From Octopus vulgaris (lineage: Eukaryota), in contig OX597814.1 in the NCBI GenBank assembly GCA_951406725.2, positions 217,682,001 through 217,746,000 of the forward strand: a DNA stretch of 64,000 nucleotides, in the 5' to 3' direction. Shown here piece after piece: positions 27,891-40,930 of this stretch. The notes under the pieces were generated by a model, which saw only the letters and a program-made list of their open reading frames with translations, ran no database searches and was not told where the DNA came from. The translations under genes were made by a program, and so were the position numbers. Position 1 is the first letter of the stretch. Each line of letters starts with the position of its first letter.

Positions 27891-30800
27891 TCTTTTACAC
27901 ATATGACAAGCTTATTTCAGTTTCTGTCTACCAAATCCGCTCATAAGGCTTTGGTTGGTCCAAGGCCATAGTAGAAGGCACTTGCCTAAGGTGCCATGCA
28001 GTGAGACTGAACCTAAAACCACCTGATTGGGAAGCAAACTTCTTATCACAGTCATGCATTTCTTTCCTGCTTTTTGTTTTCATTATCTTTTTTGCTGTGA
28101 TGTACTTTGTAACTGCTCAACTAACAGCTTCCCAGTCAAATGTTTTCTCTTAAGATATTTCATGGTATCTTTTGTTTAATACATCAATAATATGATTGTT
28201 AAAATTATATTTCGGATATGTATCAATATCCTGTTTGGAAGATACTGGCTGATGGAGATCATTGATTGGCTGAATTTGAAAAGTAATAAATAAAATATCT
28301 CAAATGTTTTAAATTATATTCTAAATTCAAGCCTTCTTTTGGCTTTTTACTCAACTTTTCTTCCTAAATCAAAAAATGCTTTTAATTACAACAATCACTA
28401 GTTTCATCAGAGAGTTGCAAGTTTTTACTCCTTTCTTTAGCTTTATTCTTCTATGGTCTATATTGATAAAATAAGTACTATTAATGTACTGAGTTGATTC
28501 AATCAGCTACTTACCTTCCCGACACTATGCATCAAATCAATACGTTGTCTAGTGTATTAAAAAATCAAGGTAACTATGTACATAGGTATATAGATTCTGA
28601 TACGTGTGTATTTGTACTTTTATGTGGATACAGAGATGGCTAAGTGGTTAAGAACTTTATTTTGTAATTATGACCCAAACTTTGTGAATGAAATTGGGTT
28701 GACGGAAACTGTGTGGAAGCCTGATACATGGACTGTATCTACAGTTCAAAAGGTCATCCTTGTCATGTACAACCACACATACATATATATATATGTAAAA
28801 AGTAAAAAATATATACAAACAAGGACAAGAACGTGAAACACCTAGGAGACGACACAAGAACCACAGGACGGTACATTCGAAGCCCTCAGTCATCAGTCAA
28901 GAACCGGATCATCTTCGCAATTTCGGCTGATTAATCTTGAGATTGCTCCGACCTGGGCAGCCCCCAAGGGAAATCTAAGCCAAGCGCATTAGATCCCTTG
29001 GAAGAAAGCTTCGAATGTATACAACACGAGGACGGAAAACGAACGAAGTACACGAATAAAAATACAGAATACGTGACAACAATAAGGAAAGCATGAATAA
29101 GAATACAAAAACGTAAAAACAATAATGGTAAGGATAAAAACAAAACCAGGACGTAGGCCAAGGGTCTTTCGACAGGACGAGTTGAGTTGTATATATGAAG
29201 GTTTTTTTTCAATCCCATAAAGCAAGTACATAAATGTTTTATGAACCAATCACCTTTTTTCGTAAAATCAATAACAATGAAACAGACTTCTCTTCATAAC
29301 TGTCTTCCCTGTTATATTTCCAAATCACATTGTTATGTCATGGCAGTTTCTAGAAATCTTGCAAGACACATTTCCGATCTCAACTGCTGGTTCATAGCAA
29401 CATGTCAGCAGTAAACGTTTTCTGTGTTTGTCCCTTAAAACATATACATTACCTGTTGCTATTTGGAAATGGAGTTGGGGATGATGAGAGATTCTCTACC
29501 TGCTTTTGATAACTTGTGAAAATAGTATCTGTAGCATTCCAAAAACTGGGAGTTTTTCTACTGAATGAATGTCAAGTCACATCCTTCTGACATTGCATCG
29601 TTTGGACAGCACAATATAAAAAAAACCCCAACAAAGTCACTAAACACATGTTAGGTACCACAGTCACTGAAGATCTCTCTTAGCCATCTTACATCAATAA
29701 CATCCCAAAGACTTTCCTTCCTCTTATGAGTTAGGAAATACTTCAGCTCTTGATGGTGACTAACTTTTTATAAAGCTCAAATGAGACTCGGGCCAATCAA
29801 ATGAGTGGCATGTTGCTTCCAAATGAAACTTGGAATGCTTAGTTGCTACACACACAAACATCCTAGCTACATCACCCCAAAAGTACCTGGCTAATTGGAA
29901 AACACTCACTCACCTGTACACTCCAAACTCTAGCCTATATTCCTACCTTTCTCTCTCTTGTAATCTAGTCTCTGTATTTTCTCACAAGCCTCACTCTAAC
30001 AACTAAACCTACTTCTCCTTCCGCATAATCTTGACACTCTGTTATTCCTTTCCTGTCCATATTTTTCTGTAGACATTGACTTGTAGTTGTTAAGCTACAT
30101 CTAGCAAATGGAAAAGAAAGCCATCCAGCGAATTGGAAAAGACTCATTCACTGATACACTCCAAACTCTGGTCTATCTTCTTCTTGCAATCAATTCTCTG
30201 TCTTTCCTCCCAAACCCCACCCTAACAACATTATCTACTTTTCTCTCCTTAGAATGTCACCTTCCTGGAATTCCCTTCCAGCTGTTTTGCTGAATATCAA
30301 CTACATCAACCTGACTAGTCTTGGTGGATCTACAAAGAACATGGACACAGTCAGGGCCACTTTATGGTATGGGCATGTTGGGCAGTTGCCCAGGGGCCCA
30401 ATTCTGACCTATGCATGTTGTGACTTGATGTCAATATATAGATACTATAGGGCCCAGTGCATTGATTAGCTAGGAGGTTTACAATGCTGCTGAGGCTGCT
30501 CTAAACACAGTTTCTTCCTTTTGAGAAAAACCATCAAGAAAAAAAATTGTTTTTACTGCAGTTCATCAGTTTCTGATTTCACTTGATGAAAAAAAGGGTA
30601 TTTTTCCTATTTTGTTATGAAGGCAATAATGTTGATTTGTATTTTTTCATATTCAAGTAACTATTAAAAGTGATTATTTTATATTCATCAGTTCATACAA
30701 TGACCTTATGAAAACATAAAACAACCTACAATTACAACTGCAACAATAAATGACCCAAACATCCACCAGTATGAGGTCCCTTAGAAATGAATAAAAGGTG

Positions 30801-31319
30801 TTTATATACACAGTCTTCAAGATTCTGCAGCTGTCCGTTCTAGTCTTTCCAGAAATTTCTTGCAGTCCTTTTGTGAACATATTTGTTGGCAAACACTACC
30901 TTTGTTTCAATCAATTTTGAAATGAAGAAAGAAATTTAGTAAAAGAACTTTATTATTCAGATGGTATTTGGAACAAATTAACATGAGATTTTTATGGAAA
31001 GTTTAAATTTAGATCACTTTAGAATGGGAAGTTTGTATCATAGAACAAGTTGTTTAAGGTGAGTTGTTATCAAAAGGGCTAAATTTTGCTGAATCTTGTT
31101 ATTTAACACTTGTTTAACTAGATGTCTGTCAACATTATCCTTGCTAGCAAGACTGCTAATTTAATTTTTTCCATTCAGGATGTCCCCTTCTCTGAGACAC
31201 TATCCATCCTTGCTACTTTGTATTCATAGCTATCTCTTTTATAACTTCCATTAGTTTTTTACTGGCCTGGGTCTGGAGAAAAGGAATTGTTCCCATGGCC
31301 TTCATAGACCTTCCATAAC

Positions 31320-34200
31320 TATTGAGTTTATGTTGTTAACATTCTACCTAACTTGTTGCAAGTTAACAGCTACAGGAAAATATATTTGCTGGGAGGGAAT
31401 TCTGAAGTTACCAACATTCTTGGGCAGAAAGATTTGGTGGAGTGGCAAATGTGGAGTCCAGAGTAAGAAGTGGACATGAGTGATAAGAAGAGGAGATAAG
31501 AGTGAGTTAAAAGTGCTTGAGTGATGGTGGTACAAAAACTGCCACCTCTGCAGCAGGGGTCACAGCAGTTGTGATAGAAAAGGCAAAGAAAAAAGACAGA
31601 ATATCTGAGGTTGGAGTTTGAATGTGAATTCTTGTTGATCAGTTCAGTGGCCTTTCTTGGAAGTCATCTAAGTTGACTGTAGGTGGAGCAGCAGCAGCAA
31701 TTTCTCAGATGTGTAGATGTCACCAGAGTTTTGTAGAGTATTACTTGTTGGAGGCTGAAATATTTTGTGGTCCATTAGAATAAAGTTAATCTTTGCTATG
31801 GTTAGGATGTGCATATGCCAAGAGAAATCCTCAGTGATGGTGAGGCCAAGCATTTTTTAAAGCAATCATTAGGATTCTTATCTACATGCTGTTTATGCTT
31901 AATGGCTGAAGTAAAATGCAATAATTTTTTTGTTGATATGTGTAGAGATTATGTTGTTTTGTTGTTTAAGCAAACAAGATTAGCACGACCCCATTGGGGA
32001 ATATTTTTAAGGCTTCTGGTCATGAAGTCAAAACTGAATAAGTGCAACGTGTTTAGGTTGCATATGGATGATGCTTGGTTGGGATCAGAAGATTAGGGAG
32101 GAATGAAGGCTAATACCATCTGTATCAAAGTAGGTGCTGTTGGAGAGGGATGACAAATTGATTATTGAAACATCAGATGAATAGTGTAGGGAACAAAACC
32201 AAACTCAGCGGCACACCAAATCGAGAGTGTCAGGGTGAGCTCCATCAGCACATTCTATGATATCGTGATTTGGCAGGAAACCACTGGTTACAGAGAAACA
32301 TAGGAGTCAATAAGTGGGTAGTTTTAGTGAGAGAATTGCATGGCAGACAATGGTTATGTTTTGTGAGTGGAGTGGTGTGTGACACAGGAATTGATCTAAA
32401 TTTACAAAAGCTATACAGTTGATCAAGGAGGGAAAACGATTCAAGGGATTGGGTCTGAATGGATCTTGCGATCACTTTTGAAATATTAGAAGTGGATGCA
32501 ATAGGAAAGTAGTTGACATAGTCAAAGGGTTCCTCTTCTTGGAAATGGGATGCACTGTAGTATGTTTCCAAAAGCTAGGATATATGCTGATGTCCTTGAT
32601 GGTTTGAATCAAGTGGTGATACTTTCATATTTAGCAGGTATATGAGCCTGGTGGGGTGGACAGTTTTGGAAATATATTGGGTCATCCCATAGATAATATA
32701 GTTTTTTCAATTACATGAACTAAAAGTCAGAGGGGGACAGGATAAACTACCTGCATCAACCTGCTATAAAAGCAGGTAATAATTTTACCTTGTACTTATT
32801 CTTAGTGCAAGTTTTAAAGAGTGCAGTTTGATTTTAACAGTTATTTTTTCAAAGCTATAATGGAAGTGACAAAAGAGCATATTCACCATATTTTGCGTTA
32901 TGAGTTCAATAAATGCAACAGAAAATGCAAGGACTATTAATGCAGTATAAAGGGATCAGATGATAAGCGTAAGCCAGTGTCAACAGTGGTTCTAGAAATT
33001 CCAAGTCGGAAACATCCTAGAAGATGAGCCTTGTCCTGGAAGATCTGTAGAGCTCAATGAGAGCATCCTGCAAACCCTGGTGGAACAAAATCCCATTGTA
33101 ATTGTTGAGGAACCAGCTGAGAAGCTTGGATTTGTCCATTCAACCATACCTGTGTGCCATTGAAAAAGTCAACAAATTGGGTCAATGGGTTCCTCACAAA
33201 CTTTCCGAGTCTAATCTCGCGCAGAGTGAATGTGTGCTCTTCTTTGCTGTCACGTCTCATGAATGAACCTTTGTTATCTGGTGGGATATGAAAGGTTTAG
33301 CCCACTTTGAACTTTTAAGCCCAAACCAAACAATAACAAAGGAGATCTACTGTGAGCAGCTTGAGTGGCTTGAGTCAGCGCTAGAAGTAAAATGACCATC
33401 TTTGGTTTGAAGATGAAAGGTGTTCTTCCATTAGGATAATGTTTGGCTACATACAGTGAGGATGGCATTCCAAAGACTGGAGCAGTTTGAATGGGAAACG
33501 ATGCCCCACCCACCATATTCGCTGGACATTGCCCTGATTATCATTTATTCTGCAGTCTTCCAAATCATTTGAACAGAAAAAAATATGAATCCTGTAGACT
33601 AGATCAGAACAGTACTAGAGTATTTTTCATCAAGGACAAGTGAATTTTGGAAGGGGAGGGGGTCTTGCAATTCTACCAGATAGATGGAAAAGCATTGTAG
33701 AAAATGAAGGAGAGTATATTTTAGATTAAAAAAGAACTTTGTCTATCTTAATTTTGAAAAATAAAAGAAGTATAAAAAACCACATTATTTATGGGATGAC
33801 CCGATACTTGGAATATGCAATATGAGCAGATAATGTAGATGTTTTCTCTTGAGAGTACTATTCACAAAATCACCATCATTGAGAAATGGAGGGAAGACGG
33901 ATTGTTCAAAGCTGGTTGAGATCCTTTAGGCAAAGAAACAAAAAAGATTGGCTGCAGTTTAAGAGGCAGGACAACCTGAGGGCAGAGTGATGCATAGAAG
34001 TTATTCTTTGAAGTTCATATGATGATCTCGCAGAAGTTGTGTTGCTGGGCAAGAACTGTTCAATAAAAAGGGTATTTTCTCAGTATTGGAAGTTATGTTT
34101 TGGCCCTGAGCTGTTGCAACACATCTATGAAGCAAACCACATGGGCTGTGAGTTTTGTTGTGTTTAAGGATGTGGAAGGGCATGTCTAAGAGGATGGTTT
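31320..34200 (-). mobile_element. Highly decayed CR1/L2/jockey-group LINE, interrupted by a mariner
   Basis: Remnant RT motifs in the expected order on the minus strand: NYFPIASTSNISKV, LLDQLYSFCKFRS, GVPLSLVLFPTLFI, LGLTITEDFSWHMHI. Boundaries approximate. Confidence 0.65.
32675..33806 (+). mobile_element. Decayed mariner DNA transposon with TIRs and transposase pseudogene
   Basis: TIRs of about 30 bp (tattgggtcatcccatagataat / attatttatgggatgacccgata). Transposase remnants MEVTKEHIHHILRYEF, LEDEPCPGR, GQWVPHKL and PYSLDIA..DYHLF match the mariner WVPHEL and YSPDLAP motifs. Internal deletions and stops. Confidence 0.9.
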
Positions 34201-35354
34201 CAGCCACCTTAAGTACCAGTTCCGCACTGGGGTCGATGTAATCGACTTAATACCTATGTCTGTCCTTGTTTGTCCCCTCTATGTTTGGCTCCTTGTGGGT
34301 AATAAAGAAATAGGTTTCAGTCACCTACCCAGTTGTTTCTAATGGTTGAGAGTGAAATACCTATGCTGCTAGAAATAATATAGACCAGTCAACTGAGTTG
34401 AGGTGTCACAAGATCCAAGAAAAGAGGGACTGGCATTATATAAAAGATTTATGCCTGGCCAATACGGTAACGTATTGAAAAGAACTCTTTTCGATCCAAT
34501 CTTATCAACTCTGAAGAATACAAATGTCAGGTAAACTTTGTGATTCACTTCCTTCCCTGTGTTAACGACCCACTTGCACTCAACTCTCAGTTAATTATGC
34601 ATATACACTCAAATGCTGAAGACAACACCCAACACTTTTCCATATGCATCTTTAACACCTAGAATTAGGAGCCTGAAAATTTATTTTTGCTCATCAGCAC
34701 TAAATCATTGATACTCTACATTTCAAAATTAATATATTTATAATACCACATCCTTCTCTACTCACAAAAACAGAAATAAAAAAACCCATCCATCTCTACA
34801 AATTCTAGGTCTCAATATTTTCAATTAATCTTCATGGTGACACTACATACCTTGACTACAGAAATTTATAGAAAATGATTTCCTCTTCAGATGTTTCACC
34901 TCTAAACAGTTGCTACAAAACAAACTGTATACAAGGGCACTACTCTCTCATCTTGGACAGCACAACCGATACACAAATACTGACGTAAAAAAAAAGAAAA
35001 TGCCACCACATCCAAACTAATATATACAACACTTAACAACTACAAGACTACCTTTGAACTGTTGTTCTCTTTCTCTCTCCTTGAACTTTGTAATTTAATG
35101 TAAACCCTGATCTACACCGAATTCACCTCTCTTTACTTCATTCCATTTGTTTTATTTTTCACATTTATTCTTCTCCCTCAGAAATGGATTGTTCTTGAAT
35201 TCTTCAAATTTCAAAAAAGAATCATGAAATAAGTCTGCTTTCTTTAAAAATCAATGTTTGATACAGTTAGAAAAGATTTCACCAGTTTCCTCATCTTTTA
35301 ACAATTGTTCATCCTATCACTTGCGCCATCCAAACTATTGTATATTATTTAGTA

Positions 35355-35776
35355 TGGCACGTAAAAAGCACCATCCGAATCGTAGCCGAAGCCAGTGCCG
35401 CCTCGACTGGCTTTCATAAAATGCACCATCCGAATTGTGGCCGATGCCAGCGCCGCCTCGACTGGCTTCCGTGTCGGTGGCACGTAAAATGCACCATCCG
35501 AATCGTAGCCGAAGCCAGTGCCGCCTTGAGTGGCTTCCATAAAATGCACCAATCCGACCGTGGCCGATGCCATCCTCGCCTGGCACCAGTGCAGGTGGCA
35601 TGTAAAAAGCACCCACTACACTCACGGAGTTGTTGGCGTTAGGAAGGGCATCCAGCTGTAGAAACATTGCCAGATAAGACTGGAGCCTGGTGCAGCCTTC
35701 TGGCTTCCCAGATCCCCGGTCAAACCATCCAACCCATGCTAGCATGGAGAACGGACGTTAAACGATGATGATGATG
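35355..35776 (+). mobile_element. RTE LINE 3' end with internally duplicated UTR subunits
   Basis: Ends ggacgttaaacgatgatgatgatg. Repeated gcaccatccgaat subunits at 35355-35560. Confidence 0.85.
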
Positions 35777-37600
35777 CAACAAAAAGGAGGTCATTGATAA
35801 ATCAAAGGCAGTGACTTGGCGAGTCCTTTAAGTGTTCGATCGAATGCCCTTTGGTATTTGTTTCAACTTCTACTCTGAGTTAAAATCCTGCCAAGGTCAA
35901 CTGTGCCTTTCACCTTTCAGGGTTGATAAGAGAAGGAACCAATCCAGAGCAGTGGATTGGCAGAATTGTAGAATGTTTGATGTGATGCTTTGAGGTAGCT
36001 GTATTGGCCAAATATATTCTGATGATAATTCCTGCAACGACACTAGTGCCAAGTTGTATTGGCCTTTTCCTTGGATGTCACTGGCAGCATGGAGAGTGGA
36101 AAGTTGCATGTATAGGGAACTACTTGTCTCACACAAAAACACTTTCTGAGCCCTGTGCATTTAGTGCAGATACATGGTTAACCCTGACTGACGAAGGCCT
36201 GAGACATTGATAGATGACAGACATAATGAGAATTAGCTAAAGAGTGAAGCTCATTAATTTAAATTTTGTAAATTAATCATTTTGAAAGATGGTAAATTGT
36301 TATTGTTGACATGAGAATCAGACAGAAAACTTGGGGGTGTTTGTTTCAGTCCACTGCATTGTGATTTCAAACACTGACAAAATCTCCTTTGCCTTTCATC
36401 CTTTGTAGGGGAAGATTGATTAAAAAAAAAAAAAGGTACCAATTAAGTACTGGGGTTGATTTCTCTTTCTTTTGAAATTGGCCAAACTGAGCTGTGAGAT
36501 AGATCAGGCCACCATTTTCACAAAAATGTAGAAAGGTTGAAAGAGAGACTATTTAATCTCTTCTCACAGAAAACTGATATTCCACTGAAACTGTCCCCTG
36601 GGCAGTATAGCATGAAATGTATTGCTACAGATTGCAAGTAAGGGATGAAAAAGCAAAAGTTTTCCAAAACCTAAATTAAAATGTGATTTCTATAAATTGA
36701 ATATTTTACTATTAAGTACAAGGGTAATATTTTTGAATACATACATATAATAGCTTCGACTGGTGTTGGACTATGTTGTTGAACTACTAACCATATGGAT
36801 AAAAATGTAAAAACAGTACAAGAACCGTAACTTTGCTTGTGCCAGTTGTCTGACAAAATAAAAAATAAAAGATTCCACTCATACTTCATGGTTGAGTCAT
36901 GAAAACTAGCAAGGGTATCCAGCTGTAAAATCAATTACAACAACAACAACAAAGCAGATTATTCAGATTAACAGATAAGTTAATCTAAAACCAGAAAAAC
37001 AAAACAGAAAGAGAAAAGTGCAAGTATGGCTCATTAAATAAAAGTTATTTTATCAATTCAAAAGGAATGAACAGCAAAGTCAAGCTAAGATCAAGTTAGA
37101 AAATAGAGGTCAAACTTAAATACCCAAAGACATGTCTATGTGGTCGCTGGATTTACGAAAATAGCAGCTAAATTTCCCTCAACCTGCTCAAAATAAGCGA
37201 ATAAATGGACACCAAAAAATGACGATCAAGGCTCGAATGCCTTGGATCATGTCTCTGATTGATCAGGACTGACTTTGTGCTAATCGAAACTCGACTATTT
37301 AAATTTAAGTGTAAATTTTGCCACCCCAAACTGTGAATATTTTATTTGAAGTTAAAAAGTATTTGAAATGTTGCACTCAAATTGCACCAAATTGGCTCGG
37401 ACGGGATGGGACATATGGTGAAAGGCTTCCAAACCATTATCATAGCTTTTTTTTTCTTCCTTCATGATGAAAAAGGAACAATCGCATAACTTGGTTGCTG
37501 CAAGGGACATTACTCTTGATAACCTTCTTACGTTACTTTCTCTACCATATTTTATAAAATACATTTCGATCATTTGAAGGTGTTTGGGCTATATTTTCGA

Positions 37601-38112
37601 CTAGCAGTATCGCCCGGCGTTGCTCGGGTTTGTAAGGGAAATAACTATATAAGCATTTTTAGAGAGTTACTTCCCTTATAGATGCCAATTCGGGCTTTCT
37701 TAGCCATTTCTGTTTTGGTGTCTTCAAGCCATGAAGTCGTTGTTTTAAAAGAACGCTGGTCTCCTTGACAACGCTTTACGACGTTGATTTCCTTACACTC
37801 CCTTCCCCACAGCTTCACGAGGGAGGGAAGAAGGGGGAGAAGCAAACACAGGTGCAGGTGTTTGAGCGTGGACGCCAACTCCGCCGCCATCGACACACGA
37901 AAAATTATGCATTAAAATGGAATAAAAATGATGTTAAATTATTTTTAAAATCGTAGACTCATCGTAGACGCGTGCTAATAGCCAGACGGGCTCGATATAA
38001 ATCACGACTATAAGATACCCAAATTTGGTTAAACTGCACCGCAAAATGTGGAGTAGTTAGGAATCTAAATCGAAGGGGACAGACACTCACACAACTACAG
38101 TTTATATATAGA
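37601..38112 (-). mobile_element. Non-autonomous Helitron, long variant
   Basis: ctagcagtatcgcccggcgttgctcggg at left and tatataga at right. The internal ~200-bp segment is shared with 58480-58995. Confidence 0.85.
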
Positions 38113-38436
38113 TAATAACTTTTAATCATAACTTCTAGATTTTGTCTGAATTATAATCCGGTCTTATACAACAAAAGAACATTTTTTTCGAAAATAATTA
38201 TGAAGAAAACAACAAAACGATATTAAACAAATGTAATTCAAATTATTTATTTTTCTAATACGCCCAGTTGATTAGAGTATTTTAACACCTGGTTGAGAAG
38301 CTAGCCGCCTATTTCCTGTGACCTGCATCTAATTGCAACTGTGGTCAAGAGACCTAACTCTCAAATGGCGCAGGCTAACTCTCTGAGAATAGGTATCACA
38401 GAATAGGAGTAAATTTAACAATGGTGCTGCCATGAG

Positions 38437-38660
38437 TTAACCTTTTTGTTATTATATACCTGTTGAAATACATTGCAAATGTTTTAATTTTCAAAAATGA
38501 AGAATTTAGTAAAATAATTGTTATCATTAAGCTGATATTTAAAACAAACTAACAATAAAATTTTAACATAAGGTTTTTAATTTGGATCACCTTAAAACAG
38601 GTAATTGATATTATTACTACCAGGAAGGTCTCATGTAATTTGGTACCAAATGGAGCTAAA
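38437..38660 (+). mobile_element. Decayed TTAA-flanked (piggyBac-like) MITE; related copy at about 30890-31082
   Basis: Starts ttaaccttttt. Shares gaagaatttagtaaaa and tt(t/a)gatcac(c/t)tta with the 30890 copy, which ends caaaagggctaa. Confidence 0.5.
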
Positions 38661-38684
38661 AATAGCAGCAACACTGCAAAATAA

Positions 38685-38690
38685 TTTATT
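38685..38690 (-). promoter_or_regulatory. Candidate polyadenylation signal (AATAAA) of CISD3
   Basis: AATAAA on the minus strand about 190 nt after the stop codon. The context is AT-rich, so this is weak. Confidence 0.35.
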
Positions 38691-38881
38691 AGTTCGCAAT
38701 ATTAAATTCAACTCTTAAATACGTGTGTGGCCAGTTGAAGAGTCAGACTCCTCTGCTGATTTTATCTCGCAGTCAAGAAATTTATAGCCAACTGATGGAT
38801 GTCACTAACAATGATTCTTTAATATATTCCATGAGATAAAAATGTTTTCTCCTCTTAATGATTGCAATTAACATATATATT

Positions 38882-39076
38882 CTATCTAATAGCTGCTTGT
38901 ATATCTTCACGTTTGTGAGTTCCGTCACAGAAAGGTCGGTCGTCAGTCTGTTTGCAGTTACACAACCAATATTCTTTAGTTGTTTCAACTTTGAAACGAA
39001 GTGGAACATATTTTTTCAGATTCCCTTTCTTAAATGATGTCCCTTGAAGTGCCTTGTGTGCCCCGTCACAAAATGG
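38882..39076 (-). CDS. CISD3: CISD3 terminal coding exon 3 (PFCDGAHK...YWLCNCKQTDDRPFCDGTHKREDIQAAIR*)
   Basis: Seen: ttcacag acceptor, 64 codons plus TAG. Completes motif 1 (PFCDGAH) and contains motif 2 (CNCKQTDDRPFCDGTH). Two CDGSH motifs in one chain with no TM helix is the CISD3 architecture (established). The ORF track shows a different frame here. Confidence 0.95.
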   Translation of the reverse strand, partial: PFCDGAHKALQGTSFKKGNLKKYVPLRFKVETTKEYWLCNCKQTDDRPFCDGTHKREDIQAAIR

Positions 39077-39336
39077 CTGTGAATACGAAAATAAACAAAC
39101 ATAAAGAATACATATAACAAAAATGTATAACTAATGAAGGTACAAAAATATTTAGTTTTAAACATTAAGAAAAATTTAGAAGATTAACATATTGCACAAA
39201 AAGTAGAATGTTAGACTAAATATTAACTCATGGATGTTTAATATTTTAATGCCTACTTTTCCATGCTTGCACGGATCAGTCGAAATTCCTTGAAACAGTA
39301 TTCCTATGGTCAGGTGCACTTCTCAAAGCCAATCCT

Positions 39337-39625
39337 CATCATCATCATCATCATCATTGTTCGACCGTGGTCGAAGACAATGGAATTTACCATGCTATGC
39401 CAGACTTCACGGTCCATCATGGCATTACGGAGGTCCTGTTGCTGGATGCCTGTATCCCTGGAGATTACATCAGGGTAGGAGAGTGTGCGCCCTCTGGTAT
39501 TGCGAGTAGATGGCTTCCAGAGGAGAAGAGTAGAAATTACTTCTTTTTCAGCTCTACAACAATGTCCAGCAAACTGGACTCTCCTACCTTTCACAAGAGA
39601 TGACACAGGTGGTAGTTTCCTCACC
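39337..39625 (-). mobile_element. 3' fragment of a different RTE-group LINE (CISD3 intron 2)
   Basis: RRVQFAGHCCR...LLLWKP...NAMMDREVW is a typical RTE-group ORF C-terminus, followed directly by a (GAT)n tail. Confidence 0.75.
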
Positions 39626-40429
39626 TGTTTCCTAGCAAGGTAATATTTTTTCCTAATCCAGACATGATTTTACAGGAGATTGCAAACGATGTCACGTGTA
39701 TAAAAGTGAAGCCTGCTTACAATCATTGTGCCATGTCAAGACAAAACAGACACACTACAGACTTCTTTTCAGATTCCCTTTCTTAAATGATGTCCCTTGA
39801 AGTGCCTTGTGTGCCCCGTCACAAAATTAGAGGTATGAAATGTGTCCTTTAACTCATCTGGATGATCAGCATCCCTGAATATGTGCTAGTCAAACCACAG
39901 TGATCCATCCAACCCATGCCAGCATAGAAAGTGGATGTATAACAATGATGATGATGGTGATGATTATTTTGTAAGCATATGGTTCTGGGTTTGATCCATT
40001 GTGCAAGTGTCTTCTACTACTACTACTACTACTACTATTACTTCTTGTGAATGAAATTTTGTAAATAGAATACAATCAAGAAGAACTGATGCCATCTGAT
40101 GGTGCCCAATAATCGCTGAGTGCTTCAAACTTTGTGCTTATAAAGCAAACTTCTATGCCACACAGCCATGCTTTCACCATATGTTACACATTACATAGGC
40201 ATATATTATCACTGTTTAATCCTGATTGAAGATCAAAGGAGATTCTATGTCCAAAGGTATGGATAACCTGCAGAGAGATGCAGCCTTTCTCCAGGTTTAT
40301 TTTCGTATCTAGTAATATGGCCTTTTGTAGTAAACTGCTTGTTCCTTTTGCTGTGGTCAAAAGCTTTTGCAACTTCCCTCATGAACTTCACTGATGGTAT
40401 TGTTTACCCTGTTGGCTGGACTTTCTACT

Positions 40430-40930
40430 GTTTCTCGTAGTCTCCAGTATCATGATGACCTTAAGTAGTATCACTGCTATCTTCCTTGGGTAACTGCTGT
40501 TTCTTGCAAAACAGACTGCTGATGGTCAATCTTCTGGATTTGGTTTCACCCAGGAGTGTTCTGGTGAACCTAAAAAGGTCTTTGGAAAACTGGACCCTTT
40601 TGTGCTCCCTCTACTTTCTCGATTTCAGAGTGCTTTCAGGTCTTCTAAGCCAGTGTAGATGTTCCCTCTGCAGGAACTCTTTAGTATTGCTTGTTGAAGA
40701 CCTTAATTTCTTCCCTCAGGTGATGGATTTTTCTTTCTCTTCTGCTATGTTGCATAGAAATTTTGTTGATCTATTTGTCCTTAGTTCTGAAGCAACCTCT
40801 GGTCAGATTGGATGTAAGAGCATTTACTTTTGCTCAACACTTCTTGCAAGTGTGGCTTTTAATGTTTTGTTGGGGTCTTAATCCAATTGTTGCCATTCCT
40901 CGGAATCATTCATATTGGGCCATTTGATTC
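40430..40930 (-). mobile_element. Decayed non-LTR retrotransposon fragment, possibly HERO-like
   Basis: The minus frame reads LRRPESTLKSRK*REHKRVQFSKDLFRFTRTLLGETKSRRL, resembling the pre-RT segment I recall from restriction-like-endonuclease elements. Clade uncertain. Confidence 0.45.

Noticed and set aside
28866-28900. Hammerhead-like CUGAUGA...GAAU...GUC on the minus strand, with a relative at about 11670-11700
   Set aside because: GAAU instead of GAAA and no convincing stems I-III. Kept only as a dispersed repeat of unknown type.
38782-39009. ORF-track 75-aa ORF MFHFVSK...
   Set aside because: Wrong frame. The real product here is CISD3 exon 3.
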